DNA from: Alphaproteobacteria bacterium
GTDB taxonomy: Bacteria > Pseudomonadota > Alphaproteobacteria > SHVV01
Assembly: GCA_965261735.1 (NCBI GenBank)
Contig: OZ253470.1
Span: forward strand, 1,248,001-1,312,000
Direction of reading: 5' to 3'
DNA length: 64,000 bases
How positions within the stretch are numbered: the first letter of the stretch is position 1; each line of letters starts with the position of its first letter. Both the position numbers and the translations under genes were made by a program. Below, one piece after another: positions 11,431-21,378 of the stretch. Below the pieces are notes generated by a model. It did not search any database. It saw only the letters and a program-made list of their open reading frames with translations, and was not told where the DNA came from.

Positions 11431-12504
11431 CTACTTCCTTTTCTTGCCCCGACTCGCCCGCGGGCGCTTGAGCGAGGCGTCGGTCTTTCGGGTCGAGGAC
11501 AGGCCGGGCCGGTCGGAGCGGTACCAGGTGAAGGTCGAGTGATGGAAAAGCTCCTCGGGCTTCCAGCGCCGCTTCGACAGGCCCTGCTCGCGCGACCAGC
11601 GAATCTGCGCCTCGATCGTCGTCAGGTTGGGTTCGAGCCCGTAGGGCCAATAGTCCTCGCCCATATCGCGGATCGTGTTCTCGGCCTCGGCCGTGACCCA
11701 CGGCAGCGTCGTGGTCAGCGCCGTGATCTCGGTCAGGTGCGGCTCGATCGCCCGCTTCGATTCCTCGAACGCCTTCATGACCGCGCGCGGCAACCACGGG
11801 TATTTCTCGACCAGCGAGCGGCGCATGCCGACGAGATGCATGATGTGGAAGATGCCCGTTTTCTTGTAGTAGGCGAGCTCGGCGGCGCGGTAGTCGGGAA
11901 AGAGGCGGCCCACGCGGCGCGCCTTCTGGCGCCAGCACAATGGCGTCTGTGCGGTGAAGATGGCGTCGAGCTCACCCTTGGCCAGCATCTGCGACAGCGT
12001 GGCGCCTTGTGGAATGGGCTCGATGCTCACGCCCTTGGGTGCGTCCAGCGGCACGTAATCGAGGAACTCCGGAACGTCGAGCCCGCCGATCCGCCAGTCG
12101 ACGTCCTCGGGCTTGAGCCCGTATTCGTCGCTCAGCATGCCGCGGATGCAGAGGCCACGGGTCAGGTGGTAATTGGGCGCGCCGATGCGCTTGCCCTTGA
12201 GGTCGCGCGGTTTGTTGATGCCGCGGTCGGTGCGGATGAAGATGCCCGAGTGGGCGAACACGCGCGACAGCGGAATCGGCAGCGCGATGTAGGGGAAGTC
12301 GACGTTGGTCCGGGCCAGCATGTAGGTGCTGAACGACATCTCGGAGACGTCGAATTCCTGGTAGGTGAACAGGCGGAAGAAGGTCTCCTCGGGCCTTAGG
12401 GTGAGGTAGGTGACGTCGCACCCTTCGACCTCGACCGTACCATCCTTGATGGCGCGGATCCGGTCATAGTCCCAGCTCGCAATCGTGATCGGTAGTTTCG
12501 CCAT
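11431..12504 (-). CDS. 4,5-dihydroxyphthalate decarboxylase-like protein (periplasmic-binding-protein fold), copy 1
   Basis: ITIASWDYDRIRAI.DG.V.VEG, EFDVSEMSFSTY, YYKKTGIFHIMH and MGEDYWPYG; no signal peptide. Confidence 0.8.
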   Translation of the reverse strand: MAKLPITIASWDYDRIRAIKDGTVEVEGCDVTYLTLRPEETFFRLFTYQEFDVSEMSFSTYMLARTNVDFPYIALPIPLSRVFAHSGIFIRTDRGINKPRDLKGKRIGAPNYHLTRGLCIRGMLSDEYGLKPEDVDWRIGGLDVPEFLDYVPLDAPKGVSIEPIPQGATLSQMLAKGELDAIFTAQTPLCWRQKARRVGRLFPDYRAAELAYYKKTGIFHIMHLVGMRRSLVEKYPWLPRAVMKAFEESKRAIEPHLTEITALTTTLPWVTAEAENTIRDMGEDYWPYGLEPNLTTIEAQIRWSREQGLSKRRWKPEELFHHSTFTWYRSDRPGLSSTRKTDASLKRPRASRGKKRK

Positions 12505-12574
12505 GTCTCCCCCTCGTTGCATGACTACGGCAGATGTCGTGTATCAGGGCGCGCCAACGAAACCGTCAGCGGGC

Positions 12575-14317
12575 CTACTTCGCCATCTGCATCCTCACCC
12601 GCAGATGCAGCACCGCGTACATCGTGATCGCCAGCGCCACCGCCGCGTACTGCACTTCTGGCCTGGGATAAATCAGGGCCACGCCCAACGCCGCGAAACC
12701 CAATCGCAGCCAGGACGGAAGTTTGACTTGCGCCATCCAGCCATGGGCAGCTAGGCACGAGACCACGACCAGAACGATACCGATGAACGTAGCTGAAACC
12801 ACCTCCATCGTGCTGCCGATACCGAGAACCCCCGGGTTGAAGACGAAGAAGAACGGCAGAATGAATCCGGCGATTCCCTGCTTTACCGCGTGTACGGCGA
12901 TCACCATGGGATTGGCCTCGGCTATCGTCGCCGCCGAGAAGCAAGCTGTGGCCATCGGTGGCGCAATCGCCGACATGCACGCGAAATAAAGCATGAAAAG
13001 GTGGGCTTGTAAGACCGGGAGCCCGAGGTCGGAGACGAGCACCGGCGCGATCAGCGCGACCCCCATGATGTAGACGCCCGGGGTCGGCATCCCCATGCCC
13101 ATCAGGATGAGGACGATCGCCGAGGTAGCGAGAATCAGGACCACGTTGTCGCCGGCCACGTAATACATCATCAACGTGAACTTGCCGGCGAGTCCCGATA
13201 GCTCGATGCAGCCAATGATCGCTCCGGCGCCGAGCACCGCCCCGGTGAGGATCGCGATGCGGTAGACGGTGTCGGTACAAGATTCGATGAACAGGCGCGG
13301 TCCTATGCGTCCTCGGGGATCGGGATTGAGCCAGCTCGCGATCACCACGAACACGGTCGAGCCGGCGGCCACGTATGTCGGGCTGTAGCCGTTCACGAGA
13401 AAATAGACCAGGGCACAGATCGGCAGGAAATGGACCCAGCCGCGCTTGAACGCGATCTTGAGACCAACGATATCCGCCTCGGCGATACGCCCCTCGTTGA
13501 AGCGTTGTGCTTCGTAATGGATCAGCAAGAACACGCCAAGGTAATAGAGGATCGCGATGATCACTCCGGCAATGATGATCTCAGCGTAAGGAATGCCGGT
13601 GAACTCCACCATCATGAAGGCGACGGCCCCCATGACCGGCGGCAGCAACGCGCCGCCCGCCGACGCCGAAGACTCGATCGCCGCCGCACGGACGGCCGAG
13701 ACGCCCACCCGCTTCATCAGCGGGATGGTGATCGGCCCGGTCGTGACGACGTCGGCAGTTGGACTGCCTGAAATCGACCCGTAGAGCCCACTCGAGACGA
13801 CGCAGGCCTTGGCCGGACCGCCGACCGAGCGGCCCGCGGCCACCGCCGCGAGGTCGAAGAACAACTGGCCGCCGCCGGCCCTCTGGTAGAAAGCGCCGAA
13901 TAGGACGAACAGGAACGCATACGTCGCGGCTACCTGGATCGGCGCGCCGAAGATGCCGACGTGGGTCAGCGTCTGCAGGGTGAGAAAATATGGAAGGCTG
14001 ATGGCGCCGTGGTGCAGTTCGCCCCCGAGCAGGTGGCCGAAGGCCACATAGGCGATCAGGATAACGACGACGCTGGTGAGACCCCAGCCGATGGTGCGGC
14101 GGCAGGCTTCGACGCTCAATGCGACCAGCACCACGCCGACCGCCTGCTCCCGTGTTGAAATCGACGTTATGCCCTCGACGAAGTTGTAGTAGTAGTAGTC
14201 GTCGTTGAGGACGTAGTAGGCCCCAACTCCAAGGGAAACGGCGGCCAGGATGTAGTCGACGATGTTAAGACGCGCGAACGGGCTGCGCCGCGACCGAGCC
14301 GCCGTCTCGCCGGTCAT
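12575..14317 (-). CDS. TRAP transporter 4TM/12TM fused permease (TAXI-associated); N-terminus looks short
   Basis: EACRRTIG, GIFGAP, GGPAKACVVSSGLYGSISGS, GGALLPPVMGAVAF and GMGMPT. Confidence 0.88.
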   Translation of the reverse strand: MTGETAARSRRSPFARLNIVDYILAAVSLGVGAYYVLNDDYYYYNFVEGITSISTREQAVGVVLVALSVEACRRTIGWGLTSVVVILIAYVAFGHLLGGELHHGAISLPYFLTLQTLTHVGIFGAPIQVAATYAFLFVLFGAFYQRAGGGQLFFDLAAVAAGRSVGGPAKACVVSSGLYGSISGSPTADVVTTGPITIPLMKRVGVSAVRAAAIESSASAGGALLPPVMGAVAFMMVEFTGIPYAEIIIAGVIIAILYYLGVFLLIHYEAQRFNEGRIAEADIVGLKIAFKRGWVHFLPICALVYFLVNGYSPTYVAAGSTVFVVIASWLNPDPRGRIGPRLFIESCTDTVYRIAILTGAVLGAGAIIGCIELSGLAGKFTLMMYYVAGDNVVLILATSAIVLILMGMGMPTPGVYIMGVALIAPVLVSDLGLPVLQAHLFMLYFACMSAIAPPMATACFSAATIAEANPMVIAVHAVKQGIAGFILPFFFVFNPGVLGIGSTMEVVSATFIGIVLVVVSCLAAHGWMAQVKLPSWLRLGFAALGVALIYPRPEVQYAAVALAITMYAVLHLRVRMQMAK

Positions 14318-14350
14318 CCCTAGATTCGCATTTTACCCGTACGGCTGAGT

Positions 14351-14400
14351 GCAGACGCACCCGCCGCGGGGTCGTTTGTACCCGCGGACGATGCGCCTGC
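14351..14400. terminator. Intergenic stem-loop between the TAXI receptor and the TRAP permease
   Basis: GCAGACGCA..CCGCGGG...CCCGCGG..TGCGCCTGC imperfect inverted repeat without a U tract; may stabilise mRNA. Confidence 0.4.
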
Positions 14401-14413
14401 TCGATGGCCGTCG

Positions 14414-14845
14414 CTAGTTAATCCAGCCGCGCTCGAGATAGTACTTCTTGGCGCCCGGGTGATAGTCCATCGCCTTCGGCTTGGCGATCATGGCGTCCTT
14501 CGAATAGCTCTTGAACGCCGAGTGGATCGCTTGCACCCGGTCGATGTTCTCGGCCACCGCCTTGACCATCTTATAGACAGCCTCGTCCGAGACATGGGCG
14601 CCTGCGGCCACGGTCGCCCACGACCTCAGCGTGGTCACGTCGCTTGGCAGGAAGTTGTAATACGAGCCCGGAATCGTCGACATTTGAAAGTCGCGCTTGA
14701 CGGCAATCTTTTCCAACACGTCGCGGTCCGGTTGCAGCCAAACCAGATCGCGGGTCTTGGAGATGTCGACGATCCGCGCATCGGGCTGAATGCCGAACTC
14801 GATCATGAGGTCGGTCTTGCCATCGCGCAGGTCCTGGAGGCTCGA
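14414..14845 (-). pseudogene. TAXI family TRAP solute receptor, C-terminal fragment only
   Basis: LRDGKTD, TIPGSYY, VSDEAVYKMVKAVAEN and YHPGAKKYYLERG; no signal peptide or N-terminal half. Confidence 0.8.
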
Positions 14846-15430
14846 GTCAAGGTGTACAGCCCGACTCCCGCCAACCGGCAGCGCTACGCCGAGGAGATGG
14901 CGGCCGAGTTGGGCATCGACGTTGTTCCGGTCGACAGCGCGCGCGACGCGGTGAGGGGCGTCGACATCCTCTCGCCGTGTACGGATTCGATGGTGCCGGT
15001 GTTCGAAGCCGACTGGCTCGAGCCCGGCATGCACGAGACGAGCCTCGAGGCCGCCGCGCGCTGCGACATCCGCATCCGCCAGGGGATCGACTCGATGCCG
15101 CTGGCGCCCGAGCACGAGTCGCCGCGCATGCGAAGCACGTCGGGTTTGAGTTGGACAGCATTCGTCGGCGGGAGCGAGGAGGAGATGAAACGCCTGCCCG
15201 ACAAGAGTCCGTACCGCCTGCCGGTCGAGCGGTACGCGCACTTTGCCGACCTCGCCAAGGGCACGGTGCCAGGACGCACCAGTCGCGATCAGATCACTTT
15301 CTACTACAACAACGGCAACCAGGGGATTCAGTTCGCTGCAGTCGGCGGCCTGATCTACCGCAACGTCCTCGCGAAGGGCGGCGGACGCGAACTGCCGACG
15401 GAGTGGTTCCTCGAGCACATTCGAGCGTAA
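14846..15430 (+). pseudogene. Ornithine cyclodeaminase/mu-crystallin family, C-terminal fragment
   Basis: VKVYSPTPANRQRYAEEM, AVRGVDI..CTDS..PVF.ADWLEPGMH and GRTSRDQIT...GNQGIQFAAVG; N-terminal half absent. Confidence 0.8.
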
Positions 15431-15529
15431 TGATGGGACGCGTGGCGAGGGAGAGTTGCCGACGACTCAAATAGACGGGCGCGAGGGGAAAGCCCTCGGC
15501 CTGCGCGTTTTGCCTGGGGTGGGCCGCTT

Positions 15530-16513
15530 TCACCAGTCGTGGGTCGATTCGACGAACAGTTCCTCGACGTCCCAGCGCCGGCCCGACAAGCCCTGCTCGA
15601 ACGACCAGCGGATCTCGGCCTCCAGCGTCGGTCGGTTGGGCGCAATCCCGTAGGGCCAAAAGTCCTCGCCCATGAGGCGAACTGTGTCCTCGTATTCCGC
15701 CACCAGCCAGGGCAGCGTCACCGTCAGCGCGTCGAGTTCGGCCAGGCTCGGTAGGCACGCGGCCTTCGATTCCTCGAACGCCTTCATGAGGTTGCGGGCG
15801 AGCCACGGGTGGGCCTCGATCAGGCTTTCGCGGACGCCGATGACGTGCATTACCGGGAAGATGCCGGTCTTCCTGTAGTAGGCCTGTTCGAGCGGGCGGA
15901 AGTCGGGGAACAGGCGGTCAATGTGGGGCGCCCGCTGAAGGAAGGTGAGCGGATCGCGCGCGCCGATCACCGCGTCGAGTTCGCCGCTCTCCAACATGCC
16001 GTTGAGCGACTTGTCCGCGTCGATGGTTTCGACGTCGACGCCTTGCGGGGGCTCGGCTCCGACGTAGTTGCGCCGTTGGGGCTGGTTGTAGCCGCCGAGG
16101 CGCCAGCGTATGTCGGCCGGGCGGACGCCGTACTCGTCGCTCAGCATGCCGCGCACGCACAGCAGGCGGGTGAAGTGGTAGCTCGGCGCCCCGATGGCCC
16201 GGCCCTTGAGGTCCTCGGGTCCGGAGATTCCGCGGTCGGTGCGAATCCAGATCGAGCAGTGCGGAAAGACCCGCGACAGCAGCACCGGAATCGCGCGGTA
16301 CGGCCATGGCCCCTTGGAGCGCGCCAGCATGTAGGTGCTGAGCGACATCTCGGAGACGTCGAACTCCTGGTGATTGAAGAGACGCGGGAAGGTCTCCGAG
16401 GGCGGCAGCGTGAGGTAGGTGACGGCGCACCCCTCGACCCCGACCCGGCCCGACCTGAGCGCGCGTACGCGATCATAGTCGTCGCTGGCTATGCTGATCG
16501 CGATCGGGGCCAT
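15530..16513 (-). CDS. 4,5-dihydroxyphthalate decarboxylase-like protein, copy 2
   Basis: DYDRVRALRSGRVGVEG, EFDVSEMSLSTY, YYRKTGIFPVMH and MGEDFWPYG; colinear with 11431-12504. Confidence 0.8.
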   Translation of the reverse strand: MAPIAISIASDDYDRVRALRSGRVGVEGCAVTYLTLPPSETFPRLFNHQEFDVSEMSLSTYMLARSKGPWPYRAIPVLLSRVFPHCSIWIRTDRGISGPEDLKGRAIGAPSYHFTRLLCVRGMLSDEYGVRPADIRWRLGGYNQPQRRNYVGAEPPQGVDVETIDADKSLNGMLESGELDAVIGARDPLTFLQRAPHIDRLFPDFRPLEQAYYRKTGIFPVMHVIGVRESLIEAHPWLARNLMKAFEESKAACLPSLAELDALTVTLPWLVAEYEDTVRLMGEDFWPYGIAPNRPTLEAEIRWSFEQGLSGRRWDVEELFVESTHDW

Positions 16514-16574
16514 CGCGTCGCTCTCCATCCGCGTCCTTGTGCGCCGTACGGCGCGGCCGCGATGCCCCTAGCGG

Positions 16575-17426
16575 CTATGGAGCTGTCCCGGTTGACGTCG
16601 TGCTCGTCGTCGTGGTCGTGGTTGACGTCGAAATTATATCGTCGTCGCTCACGATGGAGGTGATGGCCAGCGCTGCCAGGGCCGCAGCCGCGAGACCGGC
16701 GGCGATCACGCCTGTGGTGAGCCCGCCGGTGGCGGCGCTGGATGCGGCACCGCCCGCCGGCGCGCCGGGCGCCCGGGCGATGGTCTGGTTCATCTGATTG
16801 ACGGCGTTCTGGGCACCCGGCGGAGTGGGGCCCGGAGGCGAAGGCGGCGGCGTCACCCCGGCCGATGCCGGGCTGACCGACGAGGAAAGACCGGACTGAA
16901 CCGAGACGCTGACGCCGGCCACGTTCGTTATGGCGACCGCGCCCTCGACCACGCTCACGGTGGTCAGGCCGTTGGCCGCGACCACGACAGTGAAGATCGT
17001 ACCGCGAATGCCGATGGTAGCCGTCGGGGTGCGCACCTCGTAGGACTGCTGCGCCATCTTGCCGCTGACGAAGCGCATGGCGCCCACCGACATGGAGATG
17101 ACGAGGCGGCCGGCCGTGGCGCTCGGGTCGTAGACGAAGGTGTCCAGCGTCACCTGCGAGTCCGGGCCAACCGTGAGCTGCGTCTCGTCCCTGAACAGCA
17201 GCTCGGTCGCGCTGTCCCCGCTGGTGGCAATGATCTCGTTCTGGAACACGTTGTCCTGAAGGACGATCGTCCTTACGTTGTCCGAGAGCGTGCCGCTGAC
17301 GGCGTTGACCACCTTGGCCGCGGAACCGACGTTCTCCTGCGCGTAGGCCACGGCCGGCGCGAACGCCAGGGCGGCCGACACCGACCAGCACACCGCAGCG
17401 CGCAGCGCGCGCATCGACATCTTCAT
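16575..17426 (-). CDS. Exported FecR-domain protein with Pro-rich linker, hydrophobic segment and Thr/Ser-rich tail
   Basis: Signal peptide ending AVAYA-Q; FecR motifs LFRDETQLTVGPDS, VRTPTATIGIRGT and VSVVEGAV; tail STSTTTTTTSTTSTG. Confidence 0.8.
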   Translation of the reverse strand: MKMSMRALRAAVCWSVSAALAFAPAVAYAQENVGSAAKVVNAVSGTLSDNVRTIVLQDNVFQNEIIATSGDSATELLFRDETQLTVGPDSQVTLDTFVYDPSATAGRLVISMSVGAMRFVSGKMAQQSYEVRTPTATIGIRGTIFTVVVAANGLTTVSVVEGAVAITNVAGVSVSVQSGLSSSVSPASAGVTPPPSPPGPTPPGAQNAVNQMNQTIARAPGAPAGGAASSAATGGLTTGVIAAGLAAAALAALAITSIVSDDDIISTSTTTTTTSTTSTGTAP

Positions 17427-17548
17427 GCGAATTTCCCCCCGGGATGATCGCAAACGCGACAGTCGGCGGCAGAATCGCCGCGAAACGGGCGCGATGCAAC
17501 CATAAACGCCGCGGCCCGACACGACTGACGCGCGACCGGCTCAGCGTT

Positions 17549-18667
17549 TCAGCCGGCGAACTCCTCCCGAATCGCGGTGCTGTGCTGGCCGATCGAGGGG
17601 ACTGGGCGGCACGCCAGCGGCTCGCCTTCGAAGTGCAGGCCCGGAGCGACGAGATCGACCGCGCCGCCTTCGGTGTCGACCGGCAACCGCGTGAGCTGCG
17701 GGTGGCGGGCCACGTCGTCGACCGAGTTGAGCGCGCCGTAGGCGATCTGGCCGGCGGTCAGGCGCTCGGCCAGGACGGCGCGAGTGTGCTTGGCGAACAC
17801 CTCGCCGATCTCGGCATCGAGCGGGGCGCGGTGAGCGACCCGGTCGATGTTGCTGGCGAAAGCCGGATCGCGCGCGAGCCCCGGCTTTTCGAGAACCGCC
17901 TGGCAAAAGCGCGCCCACTCGCGCTCGTTCTGTACGGCGATGACGATCGGGCCGTCCTCGGCCTGGTAGGCCCCATAGGGCGCGATCATGGGGTGGCTGA
18001 AGCCGATGCGGCCCGGCGGCTGGCCGGCTTCGGCGGCCAAAATCGGCGGCGTCATCCAATCGGCGAGGCCATCGAACAGCGAGACCTTGACGGCGCTCGC
18101 CTTGCCGGTGCGCTCGCGCGCATAGAGCGCCTGCAGGAGGCCGGCGAGCGCGTGCGCCCCGGCGCCGAGATCGCAGATCGAGACGCCGACGCGACCGGGC
18201 GCCTCCGGCCCGCCGGTGATCGCGGCGAGCCCCGATTCTGCCTGCACCAGCAGATCGTACGCCTTCATGTCGCGGTACGGACCTTCGTCGCCGTAGCCGC
18301 TGATGTCGCAGGTGATGAGGCGCGGATAGCGCTCGCGCAGGGCGGCGGTGGCGAAGCCCGCGCGCCCGGCCGCCCCCGGCGCGAGGTTCTGCGCGAAGAT
18401 GTCGGCGCGGGCGAGGATACGGTGCATGAGGGCCGCGTCGTCGGGCTTCTTGATGTCGAGGACGAGCGATTCCTTGCCGCGGTTGAGCCACACGAAGAAG
18501 CTGCACTGCCCGGCGGCGAAGGTGTCGTAGTAGCGCGCGAAGTCGCCCTCGGCGCGCTCGATCTTGATGACCCTGGCGCCGGCGTCGGCGAGGCGGGAGG
18601 TCGTGTAGGGGAGCGCCACCGCCTGCTCGAGGGCCAGCACCAGGACGCCGTCGAGCATGCCCGCCAC
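17549..18667 (-). CDS. CaiB/BaiF family III CoA-transferase
   Basis: LEQAVALP, RVIKIER..GDFARYYD, WLNRGKES and KAYDLLVQAESG. Confidence 0.92.
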   Translation of the reverse strand: MAGMLDGVLVLALEQAVALPYTTSRLADAGARVIKIERAEGDFARYYDTFAAGQCSFFVWLNRGKESLVLDIKKPDDAALMHRILARADIFAQNLAPGAAGRAGFATAALRERYPRLITCDISGYGDEGPYRDMKAYDLLVQAESGLAAITGGPEAPGRVGVSICDLGAGAHALAGLLQALYARERTGKASAVKVSLFDGLADWMTPPILAAEAGQPPGRIGFSHPMIAPYGAYQAEDGPIVIAVQNEREWARFCQAVLEKPGLARDPAFASNIDRVAHRAPLDAEIGEVFAKHTRAVLAERLTAGQIAYGALNSVDDVARHPQLTRLPVDTEGGAVDLVAPGLHFEGEPLACRPVPSIGQHSTAIREEFAG

Positions 18668-18676
18668 GGCGTGGCC

Positions 18677-19870
18677 TCAGTAGGAACGCGGCAGGCCGAG
18701 CACGTGCTCGGCGATATAGGACAGGATGAGGTTGGTCGAGATCGGCGCCACTTGGTAGAGGCGCGTTTCGCGGAACTTGCGCTCGATGTCGTACTCCTCG
18801 GCGAAGCCATAACCGCCATGCGTTTGCAGGCACGTGTCCGCGGCCTGCCAGGCGGCGTCGGCGGCGAGCAGCTTGGCGATATTGGCCTCCTTGCCGCAGG
18901 GCTCGCCCGCATCGAACAGCTCGATCCCGCGCAGCACCATGAGCGCCGCGGCCTCGGAATTGGCGAAGGCACGGGCGATCGGGTACTGGATGCCCTGGTT
19001 CTGGCCGATGGGGCGGCCGAAGACCACGCGCTCACGCGCATAATTCGTGGCCTTCTCGATGAACCATCGGGCATCGCCGATGCATTCCGCGCTGATCAGC
19101 AGGCGTTCGGCGTTCATGCCGTCGAGGATGTAGGAGAAGCCCTTGCCGGCCTCGCCCACGAGGCTCGACGCCGGGATGGATAGGTCGTCGAAGAAAACCT
19201 CGGTCGTCGCATGGTTGATCATGGCGCGGATGGGCCGGATGGTGAGGCCATGACCGAGGCCGTCGCGCATGTCGACGAGGAACACCGACAGCCCCTCGGT
19301 GCGCTTCGAAACCTCCTCGCGCGGCGTGGTGCGCGCCAGCAGCAGCAGCAGGTCGGAGTGCTCGGCGCGCGAGGTCCACACCTTCTGGCCGTTGACGATG
19401 AAGCGCTCGCCGTCCCGCACCGCCATCGTGCGCAGGCTCAGCGTGTCGGTGCCGCTGCCGGGCTCGGTGACGCCGAACGCCTGCAGGCGCAGCGCGCCGG
19501 CTGCGATCTGCGGCAGGTAGTGCTCCTTCTGCTCGGTGCTGCCGTGGCGCAGCAGCGTGCCCATCGTGTACATCTGGGCGTGGCACGCGCCGCCGTTGCA
19601 GCCGCTCGCGTGAATCTCCTCGAGGATGGCGGCGGCCGCGCCGAGCCCGAGGCCGGAGCCGCCATATTCCTCCGGGATCAGCGCCGCGAGATAGCCGGCG
19701 CTCGTGAGCGCGTCGACGAAGGCCTTCGGGTAGCTGCGCTCGCGGTCGCATTCGCGCCAGTACTCGCCGGGAAACTCGCCGCACAGCCGGCGCACGGCCT
19801 CGCGGATGTCCGCGTACTCATCGCCTTCCGCGCGGGTGTGCGCCGGCTCTTTCGCTCGCGCGCTGGTCAT
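18677..19870 (-). CDS. Acyl-CoA dehydrogenase
   Basis: LQAFGVTEPGSGTD, NGQKVWTS and QTHGGYGFAEEYDIERKFRE. Confidence 0.93.
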   Translation of the reverse strand: MTSARAKEPAHTRAEGDEYADIREAVRRLCGEFPGEYWRECDRERSYPKAFVDALTSAGYLAALIPEEYGGSGLGLGAAAAILEEIHASGCNGGACHAQMYTMGTLLRHGSTEQKEHYLPQIAAGALRLQAFGVTEPGSGTDTLSLRTMAVRDGERFIVNGQKVWTSRAEHSDLLLLLARTTPREEVSKRTEGLSVFLVDMRDGLGHGLTIRPIRAMINHATTEVFFDDLSIPASSLVGEAGKGFSYILDGMNAERLLISAECIGDARWFIEKATNYARERVVFGRPIGQNQGIQYPIARAFANSEAAALMVLRGIELFDAGEPCGKEANIAKLLAADAAWQAADTCLQTHGGYGFAEEYDIERKFRETRLYQVAPISTNLILSYIAEHVLGLPRSY

Positions 19871-19934
19871 GTCCTCACTCTATCGCGCGATCGCGCGCGA
19901 GGTAAGCGCGCAAAAGCCGCTTGGGCGGGGCCGG

Positions 19935-21365
19935 CTAGCGTCGGCCGGTCAGGCTCATGTGCAGGGGCTGGCCGAGGGCGAGGTGGGCGGCTTCCGGGTA
20001 TTGCTCGCTCAGGGTCGGGTGGGCGTGGATGGTGAGCGCCAGGTCCTCGAGCGAGGCGCCGAGCTCGATCGCGAGAACGCCCTCGGCGATGAGCTCGGAC
20101 GCATGGGGCCCGACGATGTGGACGCCGACGATGGTATCGCCCGCGCGGTCGGCGACGATCTGCAGGAAACCGTGGCGCGCGCCGAGGGTGGCCGCGCGGC
20201 CCGAGGCGCCGAGCTGGAAGTTCGCGACCTCGACGTCGAGGCCCTGGGCCGCGGCCTCGGCCGCGCCGAGCCCGGCGGTGGCGATTTCCGGGTCCGAGAA
20301 GATGACGGCCGGGATCGCGGCCGGCTGAAACGCGGCGCGCGCGCCGTTGAGCGCCGCCACCGCGACCGCGGCTTCCGCCGTGGCCTTGTGGGCGAGCGCG
20401 GGGCCCGAGGTGATGTCGCCGATGGCGGCGATGTGGGGGGCGAGCCGGCGGTCCGGTGCGACCTTGAGCAGGCCGCTCGCGTCCGCCGAGATGCCCGCGT
20501 TCTCGAGCCCGAGGTCGTCCGCGTTGGGGCGCCGGCCGACGGCGACGACGACTTTATCCGCGGCCAACTTACGGGCGCCTGCCGCGAGCTCGACCGTGAG
20601 CTTGCCCTTCTCCAGCCCGCGCACGCGCGCGCTCACCAGAACCTCGACGCCGAGCTCGGCGAGCCGGCGCTCGACGGGGCGCACGAGCCGGCGGTCGAGC
20701 CCCGGGAGGATGCCGGACTCGGCCTCGGCCATGGTGACCCGGCTGCCGAGCTTGGCCAGCGCGATGCCGATTTCGAGGCCGATATAGCCGGCGCCGACGA
20801 TGGCGAGCGTCTTGGGCAGCGAGGCGAGCGCCAGCGCGTCCGTCGAGTCGAGCACCCGGGTGCCGTCGAAGGGCAGGTCGGCGAGCGCCGCCGGCCGCGA
20901 TCCGGTAGCGAAGACGATGTCCTTGAAGCGGATGAACTTGGCCTCGCCCTCGGGCGCGTTGATGACCGCCTCGTCGGGCCGGGTCAGGCGCACCTCGCCG
21001 TGGACGATGCGCACGCCCGCCTGCTTGAGGAGGCCACGCACGCCGTCCGTGAGCCCGCCCACGACGCCCGCCTTCCATTTCTGAAAGCGCTTCATGTCGA
21101 TGACGCCGCCGGCCTCGGGCCGTGCCCGGAGGCCGAAGGTGTCCGCTTCGCCCATGCGCGCGGCGAGGTCGGCGACCTCGATCAGCGCCTTGCTCGGGAT
21201 GCAGCCGACGCGCAGGCATACGCCGCCGACGCCGTCCGCGCCGTCGCGATCGATGAGCGTGACGCGGCGACCGGCTTGCGCCGCGCGGAGCGCCGCGGCA
21301 TAGCCGCCGGGACCCGCGCCGACGACGACGAAATCCGCGGCCTCGGCGATCTGGCCCACAACCAT
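19935..21365 (-). CDS. lpdA: Dihydrolipoyl dehydrogenase (E3)
   Basis: GAGPGGY, GGVCLRVGCIPSK, GAGYIGLE and HAHPTLSE. Confidence 0.93.
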   Translation of the reverse strand: MVVGQIAEAADFVVVGAGPGGYAAALRAAQAGRRVTLIDRDGADGVGGVCLRVGCIPSKALIEVADLAARMGEADTFGLRARPEAGGVIDMKRFQKWKAGVVGGLTDGVRGLLKQAGVRIVHGEVRLTRPDEAVINAPEGEAKFIRFKDIVFATGSRPAALADLPFDGTRVLDSTDALALASLPKTLAIVGAGYIGLEIGIALAKLGSRVTMAEAESGILPGLDRRLVRPVERRLAELGVEVLVSARVRGLEKGKLTVELAAGARKLAADKVVVAVGRRPNADDLGLENAGISADASGLLKVAPDRRLAPHIAAIGDITSGPALAHKATAEAAVAVAALNGARAAFQPAAIPAVIFSDPEIATAGLGAAEAAAQGLDVEVANFQLGASGRAATLGARHGFLQIVADRAGDTIVGVHIVGPHASELIAEGVLAIELGASLEDLALTIHAHPTLSEQYPEAAHLALGQPLHMSLTGRR

Positions 21366-21378
21366 CAGATCGCGCCCA

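Noticed and set aside
14414-15430. Overlapping antisense ORFs of 334 aa and 323 aa as a bidirectional gene pair
   Set aside because: Each is a real C-terminal fragment extended by the antisense of the other fragment across a deletion junction
16590-16650. GTC-rich tandem repeat
   Set aside because: Explained by poly-Thr/Asp codons of the FecR protein tail
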